From NCBI GenBank assembly GCA_964016885.1, contig OZ024743.1, positions 254,386,001 through 254,450,000 on the forward strand: DNA of 64,000 nt. Direction: 5' to 3'. A program made the translations under genes and the position numbers. Within the stretch, counting starts at the first letter, position 1. The number at the start of each line of letters is the position of its first letter. Under the pieces are notes generated by a model. That model was not told the origin of the DNA. It was given only the letters and a program-made list of their open reading frames with translations, and searched no databases. Positions 13,275 to 25,705 of this stretch are shown here, one piece after another. Source of the stretch: Eledone cirrhosa. Taxonomy: Eukaryota.

Positions 13275-15843
13275 GATAGCAACTAACAGCGCTGCGATCG
13301 AATGTGGCTTTTTAGCCCAGCCAATGATCTAAAATGTCTTGCACAGAGTCGGCAACCAAAACATTCACTGGAAATAGTCGGCTGTGGTTGGAGTTCGTGT
13401 ACTTTTGTATGTCGCTTGAACCCTCCTGCTGATTTACATTCTCTACCACATGTTTGGCAAGCATGATGTGTAGCATCTCCAACAGCAGCCTGGTAGTCAA
13501 CCACCGGTCTTACTTTATGACTGCGAAGATGATTTTCGAGTCCAGCTTTGCTTAGGCAGAGTCTCGCACATACGCTGCATGTCAGCACCATAGGAGGACC
13601 CTCGCCGCCTGGAAGTGCAACAGCAATGCCCTTCCTCACATCCCGCTTTACTTTCTCGTATGCGATTCGAGATGCCTCAAAGCAACTTTTCCCTCATATA
13701 CAGTCTTTCTCCATTTATTACGATCAGCAGCAATATTCTCCCATGTATCAGCAGAGATGTTAGCGTCTTTCAGAGAGGCTTTCAAGGAATCCTTATACCT
13801 CTTTTTTGGTTTATGTGGCGGTCGTTTTCCTTTAACCAACTCTCCATAAAAGAATTGTTTTGGTATTCTAGAATCCTTCATCGTGGCAAGGTGACCACTC
13901 CAACGGAGTCGTTGCTTAAGCACAAGAGCTTCTATACTGTCACACATAGAGCTTTCCAAAATCTCGACATCACTGATGTGGTCCCTCCAGTGAACGCCAT
14001 GGATCCGTCTGAGACACATCTGATGGAAACGCTCCAATTGCTTAAGGTGGTGTCGATATGTGACCCAGGTCTCGCAGGCATAAAGAAGACAAGAGAGCAC
14101 ACATGCCATGTACACCTTTACCTTTGTCCTCCTGCATATGTCTCGCCGACCCCAGAGTCGCCTTTCTAGCTTTCCGAAAGCATCACTTGCTTTCCTAATC
14201 CTAAGTGAGATTTCACTGTCAAGGTTGCTGTATCGATTGACAGTGCTTCCCAGGTAGACAAACTGATCAACCACTCCAAGTCGTTTGCCATACACATAGA
14301 TGTTTGGTTCAGTGTACTACTTACCAGGGGAAGGTTGGTACATGACGACGGTTTTCTTGAGACTGACAGTCAGACCTAGGGCAGTGCAAGCGTCAGAAAA
14401 TGCATTCAAAATGTGCTGCATATCACTCTCTGTGTGCGCTACAATATCGAAATCATCTGCATACAAGAGGTCTCTTATGATTGATGTAAATACTTTTGTC
14501 TTCGCAGCAAAGCGCCTGATGTTAAATATGCTGCCTGAGGTTCGATATGGGATGTAAACACCATGCTCGCAATTCCTGAATGCAATACAGAAAACCATTG
14601 CAAAGTATATGGCAAACAGGGTCGGTGCTGGAATATCCCGTTGTTTCACTCCATTTTTTACTGAGATAGGCTCCGACATGTTACCCCCGACATTAACCCA
14701 AGCCTTCATGTCGTCATGGAAAGACCTAACTAAAGCAAGGAACTTATCAGGGCAACCAAGTTTCTGGAGAACCTTACATAATGCATCTCTGTTAACAGTA
14801 TCGAAAGCTTTTGTCAGATCGACAAAAACCTGATACAGATCCAAGCCTTGTTCCATGCACTTCTCCTGGAGCTGTCTAGCTGAGAAGATCATATCAGTAG
14901 TGCCGCGTCCAGCACGAAAACCAGATTGACTTTCAGGAAGAACACAATCTGCAATGTGTGTCAGCAGACGGTCCAGAAGCACCCTACATAAAACTTTCCC
15001 TACGACAGAAAGCAATGATATACCTCTGTAGTTCCCACAATCATTCCTGTTACCCTTTCCCTTGTACAAGACCACCATTACTGCATCTCTCCAGTCCTCA
15101 GGTACGGATTCATTAGCCCATATCCTGCCAAACAAAGAGTGAAGATGTTGCAGGAGTCTCTCACCACCATATTGTAGGAGCTCAGCATGTATGCCATCCA
15201 TACCTGGAGATCTTCCACTGTTCAGCTTCGAAATAGCCACTGCAACTTCCACAAGCGTCGGAGGTTCTGCGAGAGCTACTTTCACAGGACTTTCTGGAAT
15301 GAGATTGAGGAAATCTTCACTGACGACAGACGGCTGATTCAAAAGATCATCAAAGTGCTCTCGCCACCTTCGTAGAATTCCTTGTGAGTCACGAAGAAGT
15401 CATTTGCCATCCTTGCTGCGAAGCGGTGTCACCAGAGAAGAAGACGGTCCATAAACCTCACGCAAGAGACTGTACAACAGCTTTGTGTTATTGGAATCAA
15501 ACGCAGTTTGTATCTCACCAGCCTTCTCACTCCACCACTGATCCTTCATCTGAGAAAGACTCCGTCTAACACGTGATTTTACATCCCTGAGTTCCTCATG
15601 CAACGTATTCTTCTCCTGTGGTTTTGCCGTCAAGTAGCGTGACAGAGCACGCCTCTTATCAGCCAACAAGTCTTCTATATGTACATCATTCTCATCAAAC
15701 CAGTCCCGATGTTTCCTCTGCGCCAATCCCAGAACACGCCTGCCTACATCATAAACCGACTTTTTAAGGGTCGGCCAATCGTCACCAAGATCTGCAGCCT
15801 GCATCTCTTCTTCCAATGTCCTCTTCACATTTTTATCCTTAAG
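12948..15843 (-). mobile_element. 5'-truncated, frameshifted RTE-BovB-like LINE, sister of 60166-63960
   Basis: ORFs 15400-15903, 14317-15342, 13648-14295 and 13283-13639 align colinearly with the 1181-aa ORF; the 3' tail is the same. Confidence 0.95.
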
Positions 15844-15852
15844 ATACATACA

Positions 15853-15959
<107 letters not shown>

Positions 15960-16039
15960 TAGCAGAAGTACCCGGCGTTGTCCGGGTATAAGTCGACCTT
16001 TACTCTGTTGTTAAAATGTGTGAAAGTTACTTCCCGCCC

Positions 16040-17252
16040 ATCACAGGTGCAACGTTGTTGATGGGGTTCACGCTGTTGTTGGTGTTGTTATTGTCTACAC
16101 CAAAGGAGGTCATCATGAAACAGGAGTTGTATTTTCACATGTTACGGCGGAACGTTGTAGCCGTAGTGTCGTCACCTGTAAGTAGATTCAGAAGAACGTC
16201 TGGCGGGTCAGCCAATGCCTCTAGTTGCACCTTACCTCCTGCACAGCACATAGAAGGCGCCTCGCCTGGCCACTTCATTGCCTTGCAGCATGTACAGACA
16301 TTATCCATTTTGCCAATGGAAACTGTAGGCAGAAGTCCGTAATCCTCAGAGGGGTTATATCTGAAGGCAGCTTTTACCCAGCCTGAGCTCTTGGCAGCAG
16401 TAGCTAATGTATGCCGGGAACGCTTAGCAGCAAGCCTGTTGTCTCTGTCTTCCGTGGACTCCTCTGCAAGCGCTTGTTGACGACGAAGGGGAACCCCAGC
16501 AAACTTCGTCTGACGGGATGTTTGTGACTCCCCTGCAAGCGCTTGTTGGTGACGAAGGCGAAGGTCAGCAAGCCGCGTCGAACGGGATGTTGGTGACTCT
16601 TCCGCCAGCGCTTGTTGGTGACGAAGGCGAACGCCAGCAAGACGCGTCGTACTGGATATGTTCGTGACTCCTCCGCCAGCGCTTGTTGGCGACGAAGGCG
16701 AACACCAGCAAACCTCGTCTGACGGGATGTTCGTGACTCCTCCGCCAGTGCTTGTTGGCGACGAAGGCGAACACCAGCAAGCCTCGTCGTACGGGATGTT
16801 AGTGACTCCTACGCAAGCGCTTGTTGGCGACGAAGGCGAACATCAACAAGCCTTGTCGTACGGGATGTTGGTGACTCAACCAGCCGGGAAAGACGTCTAT
16901 CAGCGAGTCGAGATTCGCGCTCAGCAGTTGTTTCCTAGAGAAAGTTAATTAATGCTACTGGTTAGCTAAGCCAAATGCACTGTGCCAATAGTAAATGAGA
17001 AAAGTGTAATATGAACAAAAGGGAATCAATGTAAGACAATAAATTTAATATAACTACGATTAGAATGTTGTAGTTGCTTAAAAGTGGTGACAGTTAGGAT
17101 AAACGCAGTGCTTGCTAACATTAAAGGAGAATATTGCATAAAGGATTAACCAATTGTGAATGAACGCATACCTGAGAACGCCTAATTCGTCGTCTCAAAG
17201 CAGTAGCTGTATCATTTTTGGAGGTAAGTCTTGAACATTTCCGTGTGGGCAT
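16040..17252 (-). pseudogene. Helitron Rep/helicase N-terminal region: exon 1 17252-17172, intron 17171-16935, exon 2 from 16934
   Basis: The spliced product reads MPTRKCSRLTSKNDTATALRRRIRRSQ|ETTAERESRLA...AAFRYNPSEDY..IGKMDNVCTCCKAMKWPGEAPSMCCAGGKV..PP..FRRNM*KYNSCFMMTSFG; GT-AG, phase 0; contains stops and a frameshift. Confidence 0.85.
16455..16880. repeat. 69-bp (23-codon) tandem repeat, ~6 copies, inside Helitron Rep
   Basis: cgtgactcc at 16663 and 16732; on the minus strand it encodes LRRQQALAEES..SR.TRLAGVR. Confidence 0.9.
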
Positions 17253-17374
17253 AACGACGTGTAACGAAGCTGTTAGGCTACAGAGGGGTGATTAAGTACA
17301 GAGAGAAGTGACACCAGATTCGCTAGCATGGTTACTGGTGAATGGGAAGGTTTGGAAATATGATTATAATAACT

Positions 17375-17635
17375 TACCGAATTTTCCGGCCTATAAAGTG
17401 CACTTAAAATACCCAAATTTCATTAAAAAAACAGCTCTGCGCTTTATACTCCGGTGAGCCTTATGTATAAATAATACAATGGTAATCAATCACGGCTCTA
17501 ACAGAAGTATTAGATCTAGACTAAAAGTAAAGAAGTTAGCATTTTCCTGGTTGGCCTGACACGCCGTTGCGCAGACCTGATTTTAAATGATACGCCTTAT
17601 ATCCCGGTGAGCCTTATAGAGCGGAAAATACGGTA
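17375..17635. mobile_element. Tc1/mariner-type MITE nested in the Helitron
   Basis: TA-CCGAATTTTCCGGCCTATAAAGTGCAC ... GTGAGCCTTATAGAGCGGAAAATACGG-TA: imperfect ~27-bp TIRs with TA duplication. Confidence 0.8.
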
Positions 17636-19451
17636 TCTATTGGAAAAGAAAACGAATTCATGACCAAGGTGTGACAAAATTGGCGTCTATACAGTGCCTG
17701 AATCAAACTTGTCCAAAACCCTGGGATCTTTCTCGTTAAGTATCCACCCAAAAGGAACCGTTTCTTAGTTACAAAAAATAACCAAAGTGAATAGTAGCTA
17801 TATTTCTGACATATCATGCCAAAAAGAACAATATATTCAAAAAATGTTCTAAAGTACATTCAATCTCTCTTTTTGACCGACGTCTTAATAAGCAAATTAT
17901 CGATCTTTTATTGGCTGTCAGTGTTTATCTGCATGCAGGTGTGTACGTGTGCGCAATCAATTGAACTGCATGCAGATGGTCTATGACAACTAATTAAAAA
18001 ATTAAAGAAAAATAGCATAGTTGTAAACAGAACAAAAATGCCATTAAAGATGAGCTAATAATGGAAAAGACACAAACCCTGGTGAACCTACGTTTAAAAG
18101 CCTGAAAACTTACTCACTTCCTGTGCAAAAGGCTGTGACAGTAGTGTTATGAATTAAGTAAATTTTTAGAACCTTTTGTTTAAAAAAGGAAAAAATTGGT
18201 ACGGACGTAACGATTTTTACAACTTTGTATGTGTCCAATACAACTTGGTCAAAGTATTATTTAGTTCATTTTTTTCAAAAAGCATGATTATTTAAGACTT
18301 TGAAAATTTACTCACCGCTTTTAGCTTTTGGCATCACAAAAGACACCATTTAATTTGGTTTCTTTTCAGATAGGGAAAATACTGTATTTGCACTTGAATA
18401 AGGGGGAATATGAAAAGTTTAACGCTAAGATGTCGACAATCCCCTAGTCCCAATGGGGATTTTTAAATTTAAGGAAGGCGAAAAATGAATTAAATTTAAC
18501 TGAAAGGGCATGCAAGTAGTCTAAATAAATAAGCACTAACTCACCGATAAGTAAGTGGGTAAATTCTGTAAAGGTCCGTTTAGTGAAACGGCCGGATTTA
18601 TTGTTGTTCACAAAAAGCGGATACACACAAAGAGAAAAAGGCGGTTCGCATGTGCGAGCATACCTTTTTGTGTATCTATCGTTGAGAAAACATACTGCTC
18701 GTGGTATAGACAGGCCGTCCAATCAATAACGCGCGTGAGTCACAGTGTGTGCGTGCTTATATGGGCATATGAAATTGATTTTGATTGCACCAGGTGTAAA
18801 CTAAAAGTGCTTGTGTTCGAATACATACACGTTAAATTTCATTGAAATCGAAAAATTTTTGAAAAAAATATGAAAAACATTCTGTCATATATTCTGTCAT
18901 ATTTTGTTGACTGTACAATTATTTAAGAATTATTCTCAAAGAACCCTTAATATCTGTTTGTAAAGCCTTCCATTTTCCCATAAAGAAAGGCGTAGATTTG
19001 CATATTTCCACAATATTGCGCCATTGATAATTAAACTATGAATAATTGTCTACCCTAACTCTTAAAGGTCTCATTTAACGCATGATTTATGAGTTTAAAA
19101 AACTTTCTGAATGTTTGCAGCCTTGGAGTAACTTCTAATGTATCTATTATTGTGGCAATATCAAATTTCATTGGATCGGACAAATTTCGTAAATATGGAT
19201 TTTTGCCTCTGATGATCAAGTACCCCAAGTTGATCCCTGGATCAAAATACACACTTGCGTCGAGTTTCATCGAAATCAGACGATTTTTGAAAATATCGAT
19301 GTTTGGCTTCTGGGGGCCCGATTATGGATTTTTCGAAAAATCTACGAGTCGAGTTTTATATATGTGTCAAGTTTCATGAAAATCGGATGAACGGTGTAGC
19401 CTGCAAATTAGGGACACCAAACAAACAAACATACAAACAACGCCCAACTTC

Positions 19452-19504
<53 letters not shown>

Positions 19505-19506
<2 letters not shown>

Positions 19507-20285
19507 TCATCACCGTTTTACGTCCGTTCTTCCACGCTAGCATGGGTTAGATGGATTGTTCTATTGTGGACAGTGTCCGGTCGTCTGACCATGCCTTGCT
19601 CATACGGGAACTGATTCTGGCTTGATTACTACAGCTGGACGCCCTTCCTAACACCAACCTCATTTACAGTAAGTGCTGGTTGCTTTTTTCCGTGGCGCCT
19701 ACACGTCCACTTTACAGTGTGGGCTTGGTGCTTTTTTTGCCGTGGCACCTCCATGGCCACTTCGCAGTGGGAGGGTATGGGGCATATTGTCTATATGCTT
19801 CAGCATCGGCTTGTACCCGTGGGGGGTGGTCGGGTCTTCTGTATTACTGCGTGACTCCAGAGGTCATGGTCGGTGCCATCGCTTTTGACAGGTGTAATTC
19901 GGTAAGGTCGGGTTTTATCACCTCATCCCAGGTCTTCTTGGGTCTCCCCACTCTGCGGTTTCCATCAACTTCTAGTGATCTGCACATTTTTATGCAGCTG
20001 TCATCCTTCATACGCATCACATGTCCATACCAACGCAACCGCCTCTCCTGCACACATCATTTGATTCCCCTTATGCTCAGTCTCTCTCTCAGTTCGTTTA
20101 TACTTTGCTGTTCGTTTATACTTTGCTGTTCACGCATATTACTATTAGACACCCATCGGAGCATGCAGGCTTCGTTTCTTTCTAATCTACGCCACTCTTC
20201 CACAGACACCGCCCAGATCTCACTACCATGTAACATTGCTGTTCGTATACACGCATCATACAGTCTGCCTTTCATTTTGAGGGAT
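19505..20285 (-). mobile_element. 3' fragment of the PHD-RTE family
   Basis: LKMKGRLYDACIRTAMLHGSE and QERRLRWYGHVMR match 5410-6166; (GAT)n tail. Confidence 0.9.
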
Positions 20286-20463
20286 ATATATATAAATATA
20301 TATATATACATATATATATATACATACATATATGTATACATACACACCCACATATATACAAATATATATATAGTAACAATAATAAATTTGAAGACTAAAA
20401 TGCAAAGAGGGCTCGATAAGGATAAATATATATCAAATATATAAGAACCGTAGAACAAATATT

Positions 20464-20589
20464 TATTAAAATAACAGATTAAAGTTTAAGCAAAGAATCG
20501 CTGCTTTCACCCTAACGGGATCTTCTGAGTTTCAGAAGATCCCGTTAAGGGTGAAAGCAGCGATTCTTTGCTTAAACTTTAATCTGTTA

Positions 20590-20597
<8 letters not shown>
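20464..20597. repeat. Near-perfect palindrome (~65-bp arms) with a minimal hammerhead-like motif
   Basis: Both arms carry CAGAAGA-T-CCC-GTTA-GGG-T-GAAAGC; the palindrome lies between (TA)n tracts. Confidence 0.7.
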
Positions 20598-20669
<72 letters not shown>

Positions 20670-20673
<4 letters not shown>

Positions 20674-21578
20674 AGTTAATATAAATTAATATATTTGATA
20701 AACACAAATACCAACATATCCATGTTTGTATTGTAAATGACTAAGTTAACTAGATTGAAAAATATTATTATAATAATACAGTTTGCCTGTCTCGATTTAA
20801 AATAATAAATCAATAAAAACAAAGTATATTGGCAAATGGCCGTGGTGCATGGACAAACTTAAATTTCAAAATCAAACCTGTTCCGTAGACTGGTTTAAAC
20901 CTTAAAATCCAAATAAGTTTCGAAAAATGAAAGTGAAAGAATACCGCATTTCTATCTCCTCAGCAAGCACCAGAAAAATTGGTATGTTTCACTTCAAAAT
21001 ATTTAAAAAGACTGTCTAACGCACATGGTTTTTCACACATGGTTATCCAGTGTCTAGCTACCGCATACTCGTGCTGCTAGAAATAACAGCCGTGTATATG
21101 GGGTTAAATTTAGCTCTACGTAAGGAGCAGTGATACTATTAATAATGAGTTCAAATCTCAGGTAGTCCTTTACAATGAAATAGCTCAAAGAAAGAAGTAT
21201 TTCTGAGCCGTGTAATACAAGTTAATATAAATTAATATATTTGATAAACACAAATACCAACATATCCATGTTTGTATTGTAAATGACTAAGTTAGCTAGA
21301 TTGAAAAATACTAATTATAATAATACAGTTTGCCTGTCTCGATTTAAAATAATAAATCAATAAAAACAAAGTATATTGGCAAACTGTATTATTATAATTA
21401 GTATTTTTCAATCTAGCTAACTTAGTCATTTACAATACAAACATGGATATGTTGGTATCTGTGTTTATCAAATATATTAATTTATATTAACTTGTATTAC
21501 ACGGCTCAGAAATACTTCTTTCTTTGAGCTATTTCTTTGTAAAGGACTACTTGAGATTTGAACTCATTATTAATAGTA
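20670..21578 (-). mobile_element. Non-coding retrozyme-like/non-autonomous PLE (inverted piece + ~547-bp unit + partial repeat)
   Basis: Direct repeat 20670-20836 / 21216-21383; 21378-21578 is the reverse complement of 21134-21334; both flanks are (TA)n; it contains a hammerhead. Confidence 0.75.
20843..20972 (-). ncRNA. Type I hammerhead ribozyme candidate with long stems II and III
   Basis: tggtgcttg-CTGAGGA-gatagaaatg..catttttc-GAAAC-long hairpin-GTC-catgcacca. Confidence 0.6.
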
Positions 21579-22508
21579 TATATATATATATATATACATA
21601 CAAACATATTCACCATTGTTCTGATTAAAATACTTGATATTTCCATGGTGAAGCTCAGCTCACGACGTGCTATGGGATGATGATGATGCTGCTTCTGATC
21701 ATGATAACTATGAGGAGGAGGAAGAAGGGGAGGACAATTTGACTGTATGAGTGTGTTTAAATGCAATCTGCTATAGCAGATCTCACTTGGTGATTGTACA
21801 ATGTTTATGTATAAAGGGCAAATGCCTGTGAAATCCAACAAAAGAACAAACATTATCTAGAACTTGAAGTTAAGGATTTAGTTCTGGTTGGGGAGGGGAA
21901 GCAATTAGATTATAGTTAATTATAGGTTTTGCTGTTAACATCACATAGTTCGATATTTTGTATGTCGAGGAGGGGATGGGGAATAGAGAAAAAAGTGATA
22001 ATGATAAATATAAATAGCAGGGAAAACAATAGGTGCTACTTTTAATATAGCAAACATGGAAAAAGGTAAAAAACAACACAAAGAATAAGAAAACCTGTAA
22101 TATGATTAATTTACTAAGAACCCTAAAGATGACTCATAGTACTTGATCCTTTCAGATTAAACCCTACTATTGGTTACTTCAACTTTCATTATCCATGATT
22201 CGGTTTGGGAGAAGTGTGAGTGTGTGTGTTTGGGCTCAGTAGTCCACCATAAACTTGTCTGTTATTGCTATACAATTTCTTTTTTTTTCTTCTCATTAAT
22301 TAACAATAAGTCAATATTTAATTATAGTTAGTGCAAGCTTGATCTGATTATGTCAATAACGGCTTGCTTGAAGGAAAAAATAATAATATAAATAAATAAT
22401 AATATATATAAATACATACATAAAATCTAATCACAGCATTTAGAAATAATAACAAAAAAACAACAAACATTTACTATAACAATACAGAGAACAACTACAA
22501 AAATAACA

Positions 22509-22566
<58 letters not shown>

Positions 22567-22828
22567 TGATAATAATACTAACAACGCCTGAAATGATTTG
22601 ATTTAGTAGAGAATAGAGGAAATTGTGACATGTGAGCAGCGAGTTGTCATTGGGGCAATCTAGAAAGTAAGAAAGAAAGAAATAGTTTTTTTTTTTTAAA
22701 TAGAATCTAAGTAAGTATAATCTATTGCTGATATCAGATAGAGTGAGATAAGTCCACCAGGAGAGTGGTGATAATACAGAATATATTTATCATACATACG
22801 TGTGTGTGTGTATATATAATCATTTTAC

Positions 22829-22902
<74 letters not shown>

Positions 22903-23689
22903 CAGAGAGAAAGAGAGAGGTGAAAGATAAATAAATGCTGAAGATATATATTGATATAAATAGGTTAGAGGTTAATATTGACACACTAAGAGAAACTTCA
23001 AAAGAGACCAAATAAAAACAAATGTGATGAATGCATATATCACCAACCTTTAACGACTAATGGCTGAGGAAGCAAGAATTGAATATAGAGTCACAAGAAG
23101 AAGAGGGATATGTAATACTGAGGATGAGCAATATAAACAATTTAGACAAAATAGAAATAAATAAAAAGAGAAAAATAGTAAAAACTTAATCCAAGAAGAC
23201 ATGATATAAGTAGACAATATGTAATGTAAGGGAAAGTTTCCCCTCTGAATAGCAACAAAGAGAAAAATAAAATAGCTTGATATTAAATGTTCAAAATGAA
23301 AGCAAAACAGAATTGCAGAAATGCAAAGAAAAATTACGTCAACAAATCATTGCAAATTCTCAAACGAATAAGATGATCTTTTTCTTTGTTTTCTTGTTTT
23401 AAATTCATGAGAGAATAATGATTGGAAATTAAATGTAAAGGGATAAAAATTGACTGAGAAGAGAAAATTAAATGAAAAGAATATATATATAAAAGAGAGA
23501 GAGAGAGAATAGGAAATGAAGCATCTATATGCTTGAATAATTTAAGCTTGATCTATCTCTCCTTGACTTCTATCATGAGAAACTTTTTAATAACAATTTG
23601 TGTCATATTTTTAATCTTCTTGCATGACTTGCAAATAGTTAGTGCAATCGTCTCTTCTTCAGACTTCAGACATGTGGTTTGCTATTGCA

Positions 23690-23735
<46 letters not shown>

Positions 23736-25459
23736 CTTGGTTTTGTTAGTCAGTATTTGGAGAACACAAAAGTAAAGAGCTGATTATTAGATCAGACCAA
23801 GTAAACTATGTTTCCATTGATTATTCCATTGATGATATCTATTGGTCATAGCTCTTGGTAGAAGTGCTACCAAAATTCTAGTGACAGGAGGTGGGTTTTA
23901 AACTTAGAATGCACAGAGCTAGAATAGATACCACAAAGCATCCTATCTATTTAACAACTTTGTGAATCCACTATTCATGAACTTAATTTATCAACCTCAA
24001 AATGGATGAAAGGTAAAGTTGGTCATGGGTGGGATTTGAAATCTGAGTGCAGAGAGCCGGAACAAATACTGAAAAATGTAATGCAATGCTCTATCGACTG
24101 CCAACAGAGCATAACTAACTACTTTCTCTCTAGTAGCCTACTCAGTACAAATCACCTGATTTCCCAGTATATGTTTCCTGTACTATACAGTATTGTATGT
24201 CTTGCACTGCTATAGACCGCTTTTTCTTAGGAGGAATAAAAAGATACTTCATTATGATCACAGATTCACCCATGTCATCATTTTTACATCCACCTTTCCA
24301 TGCAGACATGAACTGGATGGGGTGTTTTGCAGTTGTTTTCATTTTTTACATTTGGATGCTCTTCCTCAAACCCAACCTCTTTAGCCTCTTCTTAAAACAC
24401 ATATGGACAAGATCTTATGACACTGAATGATATCTTATCCTATGTGCTTTACAATTACAAAATATGCCAACAAGGTGGCTCTCTACACTATTGTTGTTGT
24501 GGTTACCTCAATACAAGTTGTTGCTGTTATTTTACCATCCACACCTCTCATTCAACTCGCTAAGTTAAATGAAAAAGCTATATATAGCTGTCCATGCCAA
24601 GAATAAATAATATTGTTTTTTCTTTGCAATAAAACCACAAAAAGTGTTTCCTTCTAAAGATGTGTAGTTCCTCTATGCATTAAGCAGAATCAAATTGTTA
24701 AAAATTAAAATTTAAAAAAAAAATTTTCAATCGGTGAAATATTAAAATTACAGTTATCTCTGTACTTGACTTGCACAATATAATAATGTTAAAAAGATAA
24801 TTAAAATAATCACGTTATTTTCTCTCTCTATTATTTAATAAGCTGTTTAAACCAATAAAAATTATTTAATTTGGAATGAAACATTTAATAGTGGGATTCA
24901 GATATCATCTCATTACATTAGATTTGGAAAAAAATATCTGTCAGCAATTTGGGTTATTATCAGCACAAATTCCTGTAATAGATAGTTAATAGAATGAGAG
25001 GATATCATTGGGATAATAGCTCAGTGGTAAAGACTGCTGCATTTACAAAGCTAATGATCAAGCTTCAAGTTTTCATTAAAACAAGAATTCATATGATTTC
25101 TTGAAATAGATTGATAATACATTTGGAGTTTTGCACCTCGCCAAGGCAGGAGGTGGGGTGGAGACATGACAATATTTCATCGATTGCTTCATATTGTTAC
25201 CATTGGCCACTACACTATCTATCTATATAGACAGACAGATTCTGAAAGACAGGACAGGATGAGGTCATGAAATACATTTCCCTATCATTTCATTTTAATG
25301 GATTTTCTCCGGGTGTTTGTAAATGATTTTTTCTCAACTAACAATTCTATAAATACCATCCACATTTCTACTAAAATTAAAGTGTTCAGAGGTAAAGACT
25401 GCAGAGTTTAGCAGGCTAAGGAATAAGGTTCATGTCTTTATTAAGGCATATGAAGAATG

Positions 25460-25705
25460 TGGCCTATTGATCAGGGTGTTGGACTAAAGATCATAACATT
25501 GTGTGTTCGATTCCTGGACTAAATAGTGTGTTGTGATTTTTAGCAAAACACTTTTCTATTGCTCCAATACACTGTTCAAAATAAGTACCTTGTGATTAAT
25601 TTTGTGATGGACTGGCATCCTGTTCAAGGGGAGAGTTGTACATACTCTCAATTGCTCAACTACAATGAAACCAAGACAAGTACTGGCCTGATGAGCCTCT
25701 GGAAT
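25460..25705 (+). mobile_element. Old tRNA-derived CORE/V-type SINE
   Basis: B-box gttcgattcct, gatggactggcatcctgttcaagggg and a 3' tggcctgatgagcc. Confidence 0.55.

Noticed and set aside
16455-16880. Regular repeats resembling a CRISPR array, and the + strand ORF 16658-16948
   Set aside because: Contiguous 69-bp tandem units without unique spacers; the coding sense is the minus-strand Helitron Rep
21640-21750. Acidic stretch WDDDDAASDHDNYEEEEEGEDNLTV* and the His/Pro-rich antisense ORF as a possible host exon
   Set aside because: Triplet low complexity, an upstream stop, no good splice acceptor and no recognisable homology
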